Virus record (IMG/VR): IMGVR_UViG_3300044658_000058 | Span: 89,293 to 153,292 of that record | Reading direction: 5' to 3' (one strand) | Origin: a virus | DNA length: 64,000 nucleotides | Shown: piece after piece, positions 10,800 through 20,139 of the stretch | Numbering within the stretch: the stretch's first letter is position 1 | How the letters are laid out: each line of letters begins with the position of its first letter | Position numbers and translations under genes: made by a program | Notes under the pieces: generated by a model | What the model was told of the DNA's origin: nothing | The model's database searches: none | What the model saw: the letters and a program-made list of their open reading frames with translations, nothing else

Positions 10800-10823
10800 T
10801 TTATATCTCCTTTTTGATATTGA

Positions 10824-10831
10824 TATTTATA
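10824..10831 (-). promoter_or_regulatory. T4-type late promoter TATAAATA
   Basis: Exact motif upstream of the PAAR gene. Confidence 0.75.
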
Positions 10832-10859
10832 CTGAAATAGCCTTTCTGAAATTCCGCAC

Positions 10860-10888
10860 TTGACAAGTTTCAAGAGAATGATCATATT
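10860..10888 (+). promoter_or_regulatory. sigma70-type early promoter
   Basis: TTGACA-17nt-CATATT upstream of ORF 10914. Confidence 0.7.
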
Positions 10889-10913
10889 AGATTGGAATTG
10901 ACGGGAGTTTGGA

Positions 10914-11165
10914 ATGACGTTTGCAGAAGCCAAGGAACAGAAAGCAGCGCTAGAAAAGGCGGTTCATGAAACCGGAGCGGTGCTTAAGGCTTATCCGAGA
11001 AATGCGATGGGTCTTGTTCCCGAATCGGTGCGCATAACACCTGAATATCAGGCACAGAGAAAGGCGTATCAGGCGGCATTCTCTGAGCTACAGTCCTTCA
11101 ATCAGGTTTACGTCGTCCGTTTCGCAAAGGAAATCAAGGACGAACGGCGCAAGAGGTTTTCATGA
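10914..11165 (+). CDS. hypothetical early protein
   Basis: ORF with GGGAG RBS after its own promoter. Confidence 0.75.
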   Translation: MTFAEAKEQKAALEKAVHETGAVLKAYPRNAMGLVPESVRITPEYQAQRKAYQAAFSELQSFNQVYVVRFAKEIKDERRKRFS

Positions 11166-11398
11166 AAGATTGGAGCAAAATTAGCACTGACGATATCGCT
11201 CTTCGTATCTACAATCGTGCTATGCGATTGGCCCGTTTGATAGATATGAAGAATGCTCCACTTTGGGTGATCGCTAACGAAAAGAAAATTCTGGACGACG
11301 CCTATACGGCTTGGGCAAATCGAACTGGCGCTAAGCCAATAAGCTTAGAGGAACCCACGGATAGCGGACAAACCGGAAGTGGTGAGTCCAGACACTAA
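11162..11398 (+). CDS. hypothetical early protein
   Basis: ATGA overlap with the upstream gene. Confidence 0.7.
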   Translation: MKDWSKISTDDIALRIYNRAMRLARLIDMKNAPLWVIANEKKILDDAYTAWANRTGAKPISLEEPTDSGQTGSGESRH

Positions 11399-11941
11399 GT
11401 CTGACGTGAATATTTGTGGGTCCGGCAAAAGATTTGGTGCAACGCCAAGTTTATTCGGATTTATATCCACATGTACCCATGAATTTTGAATTCCATTTAC
11501 CAGATTGATGGAATCGGCCACTCTGGTAAATGGTTGAATTTCCTTCATGATATTATACATGTTGTCTTCGAAGTTTCGAATTTGCACGTCGAAGCCGAGG
11601 CCAATCAGATGCGAAATTTCGTTCGGCAATCCATTTTGCGGAATGTTGTTCATGAACGCCGCTTTGATGATCAAGTCAGGTCCAAAATTTCCTAGCAATC
11701 CTTCCAACATTCCTCTTGCACCAGCCTGTAAATTTGATACTATCTTCCATAGAGGCATGTTGTTGCCGCCAGTTAGATTGAGCGGCAGACTAGAATCCGG
11801 AATGAGAGTGGCAGAAAATTTGGGCATCCAAGTTGCGGTGACCGGATTGTATGCACCAGAAGTAAGATGCGAAAGGTTGAAATTGCGGCTTAGCTGAATT
11901 CCAACGTCTATAATTGTGTTTTCGGTAATATCGAACGGCAT
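11345..11941 (-). CDS. peptidase M15-like virion protein, possibly degenerate
   Basis: QLSRNFNL, SHLIGLGFD (H-x6-D) and WVHVD motifs; late promoter at 11966-11973. Confidence 0.6.
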   Translation of the reverse strand: MPFDITENTIIDVGIQLSRNFNLSHLTSGAYNPVTATWMPKFSATLIPDSSLPLNLTGGNNMPLWKIVSNLQAGARGMLEGLLGNFGPDLIIKAAFMNNIPQNGLPNEISHLIGLGFDVQIRNFEDNMYNIMKEIQPFTRVADSINLVNGIQNSWVHVDINPNKLGVAPNLLPDPQIFTSDLVSGLTTSGLSAIRGFL

Positions 11942-11965
11942 GGGTTAATTCCTGTGGTCTGAAAA

Positions 11966-11973
11966 TATTTATA
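11966..11973 (-). promoter_or_regulatory. T4-type late promoter TATAAATA
   Basis: Exact motif upstream of the ATG at 11941. Confidence 0.7.
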
Positions 11974-11982
11974 TTGTCCCTC

Positions 11983-12011
11983 TTGACTCCCGCCAAAATA
12001 GTGCGTATATG
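11983..12011 (+). promoter_or_regulatory. sigma70-type early promoter
   Basis: TTGACT-17nt-TATATG. Confidence 0.6.
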
Positions 12012-12051
12012 AGCGGCGAGATTGGTACTAACCAACAGAGGGTGAACTAAA

Positions 12052-12438
12052 GTGAAAAAGTTTCTTGTAGCCGCTGCGATGCTGCTTTCGAGTGCAGTAG
12101 CCGCCCACTCCATGACGAAGCTTGAAGATAGCTACATCAAGGACTATGTTCTTGCCAAAGCTGTCGTGATGCAGAATACTTTCTGTCATTTCAAGTCAGA
12201 CCAGAATATGTCGAATGTTGCGCAGCCGGTGATCGAAATTGGGGCGCAGATTCTCTCCAAGTATCCTGCAATCCAGAACGACATCAACAATGCCGCCAAG
12301 ACGAGCGCTGTTGATTTCTACAAGATGCAGCAGAACAACACGTTGAATGCCTATTGCAAGCAGCAGAAGGCATCATTCAACAAACATTTCAAGTATCTCT
12401 ACTCAACGCAGGACGAAAGCAACGAGAGCGCCGACTAA
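12052..12438 (+). CDS. secreted/periplasmic protein with signal peptide
   Basis: MKKFLVAAAMLLSSAVAAHS Sec-type signal, two Cys, GAGG RBS. Confidence 0.75.
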   Translation: MKKFLVAAAMLLSSAVAAHSMTKLEDSYIKDYVLAKAVVMQNTFCHFKSDQNMSNVAQPVIEIGAQILSKYPAIQNDINNAAKTSAVDFYKMQQNNTLNAYCKQQKASFNKHFKYLYSTQDESNESAD

Positions 12439-13094
12439 GAGCCGTATTTGTCTTTGCCCAAGTCCTGTAGAAACTGCATCTTACCGGCGAAGCCACAACG
12501 CTTGTAGAAGTAGTCATATACTTCCCGGTTGGTTCTTTTCTGGGTCTTTGTTCCTCTCTTCTTATTGAGGACCAAATCATCCTTTTGGGTTCCAACCGAT
12601 TGTGCTTCATCTTCTGGCGAATTGATGCTCTTGTCAAGGATTTCTTTGACCTTAGAAGCACCGTTTACCGCATAGGCCATGAACATTTCGGCTTTCATCG
12701 GATCACGACCAAGCGACTGGCGTAGTTGTGGTAGGTATTGGAGCATCTGATTCGCAATACCTTGTGCGTCCGAACCGTCAGAACGGGAAGTCATATCCTG
12801 TTTCCAGTCACATGCAAACAGAAGGATATCGTAGGGAACCTTCGTTTTCTTCGCTGCATCGGAAATATCTTCGAAAACTTTTTTCTGAATTTCCCCAGAA
12901 AGAAGCTGTTCCTTGGTGTTCGACAAATCTCTTGCTGTATTGATCACCTGAATCATGCCATTTGATGTGAAGTATGGATGTTCATGACCGACAACATTCG
13001 TCTTCAACGAAGCATCGACCGGTTCATCATGTGCCTCTTCACCGTCACCAAGTTTAAATTGTGGGTAGTTTGGGTCGTTATAATCTAGACTCAT
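12435..13094 (-). CDS. degenerate lytic-transglycosylase-like protein
   Basis: AAKKTKVPYDILL, LRQSLGRDP.KAEMFMAY and RTNREVY resemble alphaproteobacterial SLT proteins; the catalytic ES is absent; overlaps the gp5 stop. Confidence 0.5.
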   Translation of the reverse strand: MSLDYNDPNYPQFKLGDGEEAHDEPVDASLKTNVVGHEHPYFTSNGMIQVINTARDLSNTKEQLLSGEIQKKVFEDISDAAKKTKVPYDILLFACDWKQDMTSRSDGSDAQGIANQMLQYLPQLRQSLGRDPMKAEMFMAYAVNGASKVKEILDKSINSPEDEAQSVGTQKDDLVLNKKRGTKTQKRTNREVYDYFYKRCGFAGKMQFLQDLGKDKYGS

Positions 13095-15451
13095 ACTGAT
13101 GTTCTCTTGGTTGGGTCGTTTGGACCATAGGTTGTCATTGCGTCATCGGCGGTTGCTACGATATCTGGGTTCTTTCTCTGATATGGAGTTTTCAGAACCG
13201 TCGAACGCTTCTGTGGAGTTCCAAGATCGGTAGATTTACCGGTCATCTCTGGAATTTCCTTGGCTTGTCCTTCAAGCCACTTCAATGAACTAGCATCGGC
13301 ATGGAAGCCTCCGCTCGAAAATACGGTTGTGTCGCCGCCCGACGATGTTGCCATGTTACCACCAGAGCGCATTTTGATATCGCCGCCAGCTTCCATGGTG
13401 ATGTTGGAATGCGCCACAAAGTCTATATTTTCGGCTTCAATAATCAGACGATTGCATTTGATTTGTAGAGTTTCACCGACTAGCACATCCTTTTTGCCGG
13501 ATGTGTGTTCGACTGCATCATTACGAATAAGCATAGTCACTGTTCCATCAGAATGCATCGTGATATCAGAAGTCGAACGCATATCGATATCGTCTTTGAC
13601 CGATACTTTATAAGCGCCCATGGTCAAATGATATGAATCGCCAGATGTGATGTTGTACATGTTGCCTTGGCTTTTCAGAAGGGTCGTACCTTCCGCTCCC
13701 ATGGCCAAACGTGATCCTGAACGATGCTGTAGGTTCACACGTTCGACACCGGGAGTGTCGTCCATTTCCCACATATGGCCCGTCAAAGAGGCATAGACGA
13801 AATTGTACGGGTATTGTGGAGCTTCCGACATTTGGGGCTCGCCCACTGTTCCTTTGTCACCAGCGGTCGGAAATGTCGTCAAACGGGCATCATTGTTCTT
13901 CATAATTTCCGGTTGGAACATGTTGCCATTGAAACCAACGGCAGTATGATGAGTCGACGGCTTGCCTTGATAGCCACCATATGGCAAGGAACCGGATGGA
14001 TCACGAAAACCATTATTTCCATCGCCAGACGGATTTCCTGTATATTGGTTATAAAGTTCTGCATATTTTCCAACTGACATGCCGTTCACGTCGGTTGCGC
14101 CAGAATTTTTCATTCCACCTTCACCAGCAAACCATGCTTGTGCAGCGCCAGCGCCACCATATTTGGCCTTCAAACGTCCAAACTCGCCATCAAAAACGGC
14201 ATCCTGTGCAGCCGGATTGGCTAGAAATTCACTTGGTGTAAGTGTCTGGCCATAATATTGTTGAGTCCATGACGGAATATTTGCACCCATGACTTGGTAA
14301 GCACCATATGCACGGTCACCAGTTCTGGTTTCATTGCCAACGGCTGAATAATTACCGCCAGAGGATTCGATGTTTTTGATCGCCTGACGATCTTGTGGAG
14401 TAACCGCACCGTTGTTCGTGGTCGAACCGGTTGTGGTTGAATCTGTATTTGATGAAGCGGTGTTGGCGGTCGTTGCATTGGTCGTGCGAACGTCCTTTAA
14501 GCCCGGCTTGCCCGGATACCAACCCGCTTGCTTGATCGCATCAATGAACCATGATGCCGTCGCACCGCCCCATGTGCGACCAGAGCCCGTGTCTATATGG
14601 ATGAAGGTAGGATAGAGTCCAAAACCAACGAAACCACACTGTACGGCGGTCTGTGCGAATTTAGCAAGGTTTCCGTGTGAGTTGCCACCAATCGAGGAAT
14701 ACGGAATGTCGAAGGCACGACCATGCAAATGCTGCGAATGCTTTGCGGCACCGGGGAGAGTCGCATTATATGCGGGTGTTCTATAGGCCGAATTGATTTT
14801 TGGAGGCGTTCCCCAACGCTTAGCGAGTTCTTCAAGCGCCAATGCAGAGGCGTAGTGAATGAACAGAGACGAATCGGCATCTTTGCAGGCAAGACCATAA
14901 TCGCCACGTGCTGGCGTTGATTTGTAAATTTTCAGCGGCCAATTTGGAATATTCTGTTTGGTCAAATGCGAGCCGTCATCAGAAATGACAGAGCCGCCAC
15001 CCGGATTGATTTGCGGTGCAGGATAGAATTCCCCCGTTACCGAATTAGGGTTTGGAGGCGTGGCAGAGCCCGAATACAGAGAATCGTTTGTGTGATAGCC
15101 TGAACCCGAGTTGCCGATGTAAGAGCCCGGCGCTGATGCATCATGAACACGGGGAATAGACCCAAGCACCATCGGAAACTGTGCCGTGTCGCCATCCAAG
15201 AACATGACAAAAACCCACGAATCGGGTTTCAAATAATTTGGCGAAAATCCGACACCGGAAGTTGATGCCGATGACTGCAACACGGTTGCCCATGGAAGGT
15301 CAATGGTAGGAACTTTGTTGCGATCTACAGGGTGATGACCAAAACAACGAACCTTAACACGGCCAAGTGCGAGAGGGTCGGTAACGTCTTCCACAACTCC
15401 AATGGCAAATTCAAATTTACCTTTTCCTAGAAATTGTTCAATATCTTTCAA
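13091..15451 (-). CDS. gp5: baseplate hub/central spike gp5 with M15 peptidase and lysozyme-like domains
   Basis: OB-fold GVVED..DP..LGRVKVRCFG.H...DLPWA; SAYR..AYN...GAAKHSQHLHGRAFDI..FIHID; IESSGGNY...AYGAYQVM; YPYN...GH..E.DDTPG.ER and beta-helix repeats. Confidence 0.9.
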   Translation of the reverse strand: MKDIEQFLGKGKFEFAIGVVEDVTDPLALGRVKVRCFGHHPVDRNKVPTIDLPWATVLQSSASTSGVGFSPNYLKPDSWVFVMFLDGDTAQFPMVLGSIPRVHDASAPGSYIGNSGSGYHTNDSLYSGSATPPNPNSVTGEFYPAPQINPGGGSVISDDGSHLTKQNIPNWPLKIYKSTPARGDYGLACKDADSSLFIHYASALALEELAKRWGTPPKINSAYRTPAYNATLPGAAKHSQHLHGRAFDIPYSSIGGNSHGNLAKFAQTAVQCGFVGFGLYPTFIHIDTGSGRTWGGATASWFIDAIKQAGWYPGKPGLKDVRTTNATTANTASSNTDSTTTGSTTNNGAVTPQDRQAIKNIESSGGNYSAVGNETRTGDRAYGAYQVMGANIPSWTQQYYGQTLTPSEFLANPAAQDAVFDGEFGRLKAKYGGAGAAQAWFAGEGGMKNSGATDVNGMSVGKYAELYNQYTGNPSGDGNNGFRDPSGSLPYGGYQGKPSTHHTAVGFNGNMFQPEIMKNNDARLTTFPTAGDKGTVGEPQMSEAPQYPYNFVYASLTGHMWEMDDTPGVERVNLQHRSGSRLAMGAEGTTLLKSQGNMYNITSGDSYHLTMGAYKVSVKDDIDMRSTSDITMHSDGTVTMLIRNDAVEHTSGKKDVLVGETLQIKCNRLIIEAENIDFVAHSNITMEAGGDIKMRSGGNMATSSGGDTTVFSSGGFHADASSLKWLEGQAKEIPEMTGKSTDLGTPQKRSTVLKTPYQRKNPDIVATADDAMTTYGPNDPTKRTSV

Positions 15452-16906
15452 TTATACTTTCTCCCCGCCCGAGTTCGGCCATAGTGGACTCAGCGGTGTT
15501 GTTGTGTTTGTCGGAATCGACGGTCTAGCCGGGAAAGTAGCAATGTTTTCTGTGATAACACCTTCGTCCGCACCTTCTGTAGGATTGGATGGAAGAGCGT
15601 CTTGATCATATGTGTTCTTTGCACATTGCATCACACAAGCGTAACCATCTGCATTGTATATATGACGAATACCAAGTACCAAATACCATCCAGAAACATA
15701 ACGATTGATCTTTCCTTCAATATCGTCCGTTGCGCCAAATTCCGGAAACTGTAAGTCAATTATATCGCCAGCACGTCTATCTGTGTCCCCCGGTATTGTT
15801 ACTTCGACTAGAACATTATCGAGAACACCCAAGGAACCGGCTTTGATATGGAAGAAATCTGGTTTTTGATCCTTGTCCACACCGGAGCCCGATGCATTCG
15901 TCATGAAGAAATTTTCCATCGACGTTTTGGCCGAAATCAACGTAGTGTCCTGTGACATGAATTTTCCGCCGCCTTTGCCAGAGGTATGGCGAAGGTCCGA
16001 ATAGTTGGAAAAATAGTCGTAAGTGTGTGATGTAAATTCCGAGTAAATGGGATCGATGTAATATGCCGTATTTTCCCAACCGCCAGAAACGCCAGCACGG
16101 TCAGCATTGAACAACTGAATAAATTGGAAGTCGGTCATTTTCAGCATTTCATAAGGCTTGCTGGACTGTCTAGAACCGCCACCGGCACCGGTTCCTGCAT
16201 CATCACGGGGTGTTCGGTCCGGATTTTCCCAATCCTTCACTACCGCCCAATATTTTTCCTTAGTGGAATTGGAGCTAATCAATTCATCAATTGTCTTGAA
16301 GTTGAATTCACCATTGCAATCTTCATAAAAAACGTAATTGGAAGCCTTATAGGTGGCGCTCATGGCTTCCTGTGAGAGCCATTCGATGGCTCTCGTCGGC
16401 TTCATGGAAGGTATAACAATGGTTCGTTGGCCTTCTGTGTCGGAAGCGTTTAGAGTTTTCTTAGACACTAGGTAAGAAGAATGAATATCCTTAATCATAT
16501 CAGAAATGGTCTTCTGGCGATATGATTGTTCGATACGTGTCATAAAATTTTGGAAGTATTCGGTAGACGCCAAATGAACAATATAGTTTGTCATACGTGG
16601 TTTTGAACGAACGACATTTTCAATCGAGGCAATACGAAATTCCAAATCAATCGATTTTAGAACAGAATCGTGCGGCGTCTTGAATTTAATATGGACTGTT
16701 TCTTGTCCGACAAGCGGAATGATCGTAGTCAAGGATAGAGCATCCGAAAGCACCATGTCTGCCGTCAGAAACGGTTCCGTAATGGCTTCATAGATGCTAA
16801 ATTCTTGAACTAAGTTTTTGATTTCCCAAGGATCACCGCCAAGATCACTCTTAATAGTGATCGTGTCGATGACAATACTACCGGCAGGAAGTTTTTGATC
16901 AACCAT
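15452..16906 (-). CDS. baseplate hub protein gp27-like
   Basis: FSIYE.I..PFL.....L.D, IP...P..AI.WL, YVFYE, IPGD.....G.II, SG.YLV..IRH; directly upstream of gp5. Confidence 0.7.
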   Translation of the reverse strand: MVDQKLPAGSIVIDTITIKSDLGGDPWEIKNLVQEFSIYEAITEPFLTADMVLSDALSLTTIIPLVGQETVHIKFKTPHDSVLKSIDLEFRIASIENVVRSKPRMTNYIVHLASTEYFQNFMTRIEQSYRQKTISDMIKDIHSSYLVSKKTLNASDTEGQRTIVIPSMKPTRAIEWLSQEAMSATYKASNYVFYEDCNGEFNFKTIDELISSNSTKEKYWAVVKDWENPDRTPRDDAGTGAGGGSRQSSKPYEMLKMTDFQFIQLFNADRAGVSGGWENTAYYIDPIYSEFTSHTYDYFSNYSDLRHTSGKGGGKFMSQDTTLISAKTSMENFFMTNASGSGVDKDQKPDFFHIKAGSLGVLDNVLVEVTIPGDTDRRAGDIIDLQFPEFGATDDIEGKINRYVSGWYLVLGIRHIYNADGYACVMQCAKNTYDQDALPSNPTEGADEGVITENIATFPARPSIPTNTTTPLSPLWPNSGGEKV

Positions 16907-17472
16907 TACTTAAATATATTCTTCAATTCTTCTTCAATTTGTGGAATGTATGATGGTTTAATCAAAGAAATTTCACGTTTGCTTTCGTTTAGATCATGTT
17001 CATAGTCATAAGCGTAAACCAACTTGCGTTCATTATTCACCAATCCAAGGTATGTTGACTGGTCTACCCTAACAGAGCGCTCTTCAACAATTGTACCGTC
17101 ATAGTATTGAGTGCGAGGTTGAATAATTTGATAATAGGCATAAACAGTCTGTGTAGCGATGGGAACACTACCGTATTTAGTTTCGATATAGTCATCGAAT
17201 TCAGTTGACGATAGTGGCCAATCGAAATACGGATCAATAATTGAATTGGTAATCAGAATCAATTCTGAAAGTTCTGGACGACCATAGTAACGGTCAGCAA
17301 CTACAAATGGTTTCTCTCCGTCACGAACGACGTAATTGAATAGAGATTCTGTATAACTTAGAACAATATCTCTAATTTTATAACGAACCATAATGTTGGT
17401 TGAAGTGACTGGAACACCACTCTTGTTGATATCATATTGAATTTGTGGAAATACATCAAAAAATGCTGACAT
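16906..17472 (-). CDS. gp53: baseplate wedge component gp53
   Basis: FF..FP.I.Y, Y.V.DGE.P..VA..YYG, N.I.DPY.DWP, YE..LNE.KR.I.LIKP. Confidence 0.9.
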   Translation of the reverse strand: MSAFFDVFPQIQYDINKSGVPVTSTNIMVRYKIRDIVLSYTESLFNYVVRDGEKPFVVADRYYGRPELSELILITNSIIDPYFDWPLSSTEFDDYIETKYGSVPIATQTVYAYYQIIQPRTQYYDGTIVEERSVRVDQSTYLGLVNNERKLVYAYDYEHDLNESKREISLIKPSYIPQIEEELKNIFK

Positions 17473-18371
17473 TAATATCCAGCCTCAATATCTTCTTTTG
17501 TAAGAATAGAAATTTCTTGGAAACTCAAATTCATTGACAGAGACAATGGAATAGATTTATCTGCACGAAAGTATGATTTTGTGCCTTCTGCATGAAAATT
17601 GAATGTCGCATTGGTCAACACGCATGTAACGAACTTGAAAAGGTAATCGTCATCTGGGCCAAGTTCGATTCTCCACACATCAGGATACTTGAAGATGTTA
17701 TCCTGATATCCCTGTGCGAATTCCGGATGCATTCCGAGTTTGAATTCTTTTGAAATTTGGCGAAGAATATCGGCTTCTTGCAAATTTGACGGAATAAATT
17801 TATATGCGAAGTCGAATGTTCTGAAATTTGGCGATGAATACAGAACCGCCTTGTATGGATTGACCGACAATCCAGCGCCACGGGAGAAAGCTTCACCGAT
17901 CTTCGTATCCGCCGCAAAATCGAGAGCGAACGCCTGTGCAAAAGCTGATGCCTTATCTCCGGTGTTGGCTTTCGCATAATCGACCATCGAATCGAGAATC
18001 GCACCAACGCCGCCACCTTTCTTGTTGGCACCCTTCATGATATCGCCAGCCGCATTCACGACCAGATTCCCTACCAATCCAAGATCGACATTCTGCCAAT
18101 CGGCAGAATATTGGGCCTGCAAATCGAGCGGTACGGGCAAGGTTATCAAACTGCCGACACGGGATTCTACAGGAGGGGTTTTGGCGTCTGAACGGGAGTA
18201 TTTGTAGCGTTGAAAATGGATAATGTGCTTCCATTCCGACATGAGCGTTTTCGGAAACGTCAGCGGAGCGGACGTAGCTGACGTGCTAGCAGCATTCATC
18301 TTGTCTTCCGCAGTTTGGGAAGCTGATTTTTGAGTAATTGTAATTGTTGTCGGTGGAGTTTTTGTCGCCAT
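17472..18371 (-). CDS. gp48: baseplate tail tube cap gp48
   Basis: NP....LY.SP.FRTF.F.YKF.P, F.YPD, L.FQE...LT..DI..GY. Confidence 0.85.
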   Translation of the reverse strand: MATKTPPTTITITQKSASQTAEDKMNAASTSATSAPLTFPKTLMSEWKHIIHFQRYKYSRSDAKTPPVESRVGSLITLPVPLDLQAQYSADWQNVDLGLVGNLVVNAAGDIMKGANKKGGGVGAILDSMVDYAKANTGDKASAFAQAFALDFAADTKIGEAFSRGAGLSVNPYKAVLYSSPNFRTFDFAYKFIPSNLQEADILRQISKEFKLGMHPEFAQGYQDNIFKYPDVWRIELGPDDDYLFKFVTCVLTNATFNFHAEGTKSYFRADKSIPLSLSMNLSFQEISILTKEDIEAGY

Positions 18372-18375
18372 CAGT

Positions 18376-18421
18376 ATGCCCGTAAATAGTATGAAACTAT
18401 TTATACCCTAAATACGGGCAT
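18376..18421. promoter_or_regulatory. divergent late promoter region with inverted repeats
   Basis: TATAAATA on minus at 18398-18405, TAAATA on plus, and ATGCCCGTA/TACGGGCAT inverted repeat. Confidence 0.55.
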
Positions 18422-18917
18422 GACGAAATTTCTATTACCAGAAGAAGACGCTAAGAAGCGTCGAAAGGCAAAAAAGAAGTCGAAACTTCCGCAACCGAAG
18501 TATTTTGTGGCCGAAAATCCGCAAAAATACATGGGCGACCCTAATTGTATTATCGCCCGTTCAAATCTGGAAAGAAAATTTTACAAAATTTTTGATTCCA
18601 ACCCGGCAATTCTCAAATGGGGTTGTGAAGAGATGTTCATTCGTTACAAATCATCTATCGACGGAAGTATTCATCGTTACTTTCCGGATGCAGTTATCAA
18701 AATCAAGACACGTTCTGGCAAAACAATCGTGTGTATGATTGAAATCAAGCCAAAAAAACAGTGTTTTCCGCCAAAAAACACTAAATCCAAGCGTTTTTTG
18801 AACGAACAAATAACTTATCAGACGAATCAGGACAAATGGAAAGCAGCCAAAGACTTTTGTAAAGCCAATGGCATGGTCTTTCACGTACTAACCGAAGAGC
18901 ATGTAGGAGGGTTTTAG
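18420..18917 (+). CDS. gp4: head completion protein gp4 (TnsA-like nuclease fold)
   Basis: NP.KY.GD...I..RS..E, W..EE..I.Y.S.ID...HRYFPD, IEIKP..Q, N..KW.AA. Confidence 0.92.
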   Translation: MTKFLLPEEDAKKRRKAKKKSKLPQPKYFVAENPQKYMGDPNCIIARSNLERKFYKIFDSNPAILKWGCEEMFIRYKSSIDGSIHRYFPDAVIKIKTRSGKTIVCMIEIKPKKQCFPPKNTKSKRFLNEQITYQTNQDKWKAAKDFCKANGMVFHVLTEEHVGGF

Positions 18918-19198
18918 CCGTAATAGCCGAGATAGGCGACCGGGATTTGCGTCACTTCATAATTCGGGTCGGATCGATAAACGGTTTCCCACGTGTGCTT
19001 AACAATGTCTTCACTCGAATTGGCCAGAGGCGCACAACTGGAAAAATTTTTGGGAATTTTCCCCCATTCTTCCCGACGTTTTTGGAAAACAGCGCCCCGC
19101 TCTTTATGCACAAGCCAATATGCATTGACGATGCATTCGCCGTTCTTTGGGTTCTGTAGCTTGTCCAGAGGGATGAAATAAAGCCTATCGATATCCAT
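18914..19198 (-). CDS. hypothetical protein
   Basis: ORF in a tightly packed minus-strand run. Confidence 0.7.
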   Translation of the reverse strand: MDIDRLYFIPLDKLQNPKNGECIVNAYWLVHKERGAVFQKRREEWGKIPKNFSSCAPLANSSEDIVKHTWETVYRSDPNYEVTQIPVAYLGYYG

Positions 19199-19382
19199 GA
19201 GGGAACACCTTCTCTTTCACGAATTCTTCCATATTGCCGGGAAATTTCAGATAGGATGCGAACGTGTAGAGCGAGTCGAAGTCCTTTGAGCGAAGCCGAA
19301 TCGTTTCTTTATCGTAATCGATCACGGCTTTGACGATATGCCCGTCAAGATCATACTCTCTTTCGACGGGGTTGTCATTCAT
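19185..19382 (-). CDS. hypothetical protein
   Basis: Overlapping operon packing. Confidence 0.7.
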   Translation of the reverse strand: MNDNPVEREYDLDGHIVKAVIDYDKETIRLRSKDFDSLYTFASYLKFPGNMEEFVKEKVFPHGYR

Positions 19383-19849
19383 CCAATCCTACTCCCGTCC
19401 GGTCGCATTTTGACGCCTCCGTCAGCCGGATCACATGGATGGTGACCCATGACCGCAAAATATTTGTCCCGCATGAGTTTCTTGCCATTGAACCAGAAAC
19501 CCCAACGACGGGACGGTTTTCCGGTAATCAGGAAAGTCCAAGTACCGGGAATCACATTCTGGACGGAATGTCGAAATTCGGCTTCCCGAAATCGGACCAT
19601 GCCGGGTCGCAGTGTTTCCTTGAAAGTGAACCCTTCCTTCGGCGTGAGTGAAATATCGTCATAACCGCCCTTCAAGATGAAGGTGAGAAACCAGTACGGA
19701 TGATCGTGATAGGCCCGATGATCATCATCGCCAAGCCAATGATGGAGGCGAAGTGAAAACCAGCCGAAATCAAGAACATATTTGTAAAAATATGGACATT
19801 CTTTCAGACCGCCCGGCTGTTTCCATGTGAGTTTGGGGAGAAATCTCAT
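19379..19849 (-). CDS. cupin-like protein
   Basis: LRLHHW...D.HR.YHDHPYWF.TFIL.GGY, H.V, WT..ITG...R.WGF; start moved to ATG 19849 (GGAG RBS). Confidence 0.7.
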   Translation of the reverse strand: MRFLPKLTWKQPGGLKECPYFYKYVLDFGWFSLRLHHWLGDDDHRAYHDHPYWFLTFILKGGYDDISLTPKEGFTFKETLRPGMVRFREAEFRHSVQNVIPGTWTFLITGKPSRRWGFWFNGKKLMRDKYFAVMGHHPCDPADGGVKMRPDGSRIG

Positions 19850-20139
19850 TTGTAGTATCTCTCCGCAAATTCTTTGGCCGTTTGAACCCAATAGGGAGTA
19901 GCCATACCGAGTGTAGCGGAAAGGATATTTCCGAGAATTTCCACCTTCCCGTCAACGACCATCGTATCACGCTTTGAGACACGATGTGTTCTTGCCAGTT
20001 TTAAGAAGGTTTGGTGGGTCGTCATCATTTTGACCCAGACGACCGCTTGCGTCTTGTCAAATTTCCAACCTCCCGGCGCTGGAAATTCTTTAGCGCCGCC
20101 CGCCGTCGAAATTACTACCTTCTGTTCGCTCATAAACAA
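19846..20139 (-). CDS. hypothetical protein
   Basis: Operon packing. Confidence 0.65.
   Translation of the reverse strand: MFMSEQKVVISTAGGAKEFPAPGGWKFDKTQAVVWVKMMTTHQTFLKLARTHRVSKRDTMVVDGKVEILGNILSATLGMATPYWVQTAKEFAERYYK

Noticed and set aside
18420-18917. TnsA transposase or homing endonuclease
   Set aside because: Motifs and position next to gp48/gp53 identify the core gp4 gene
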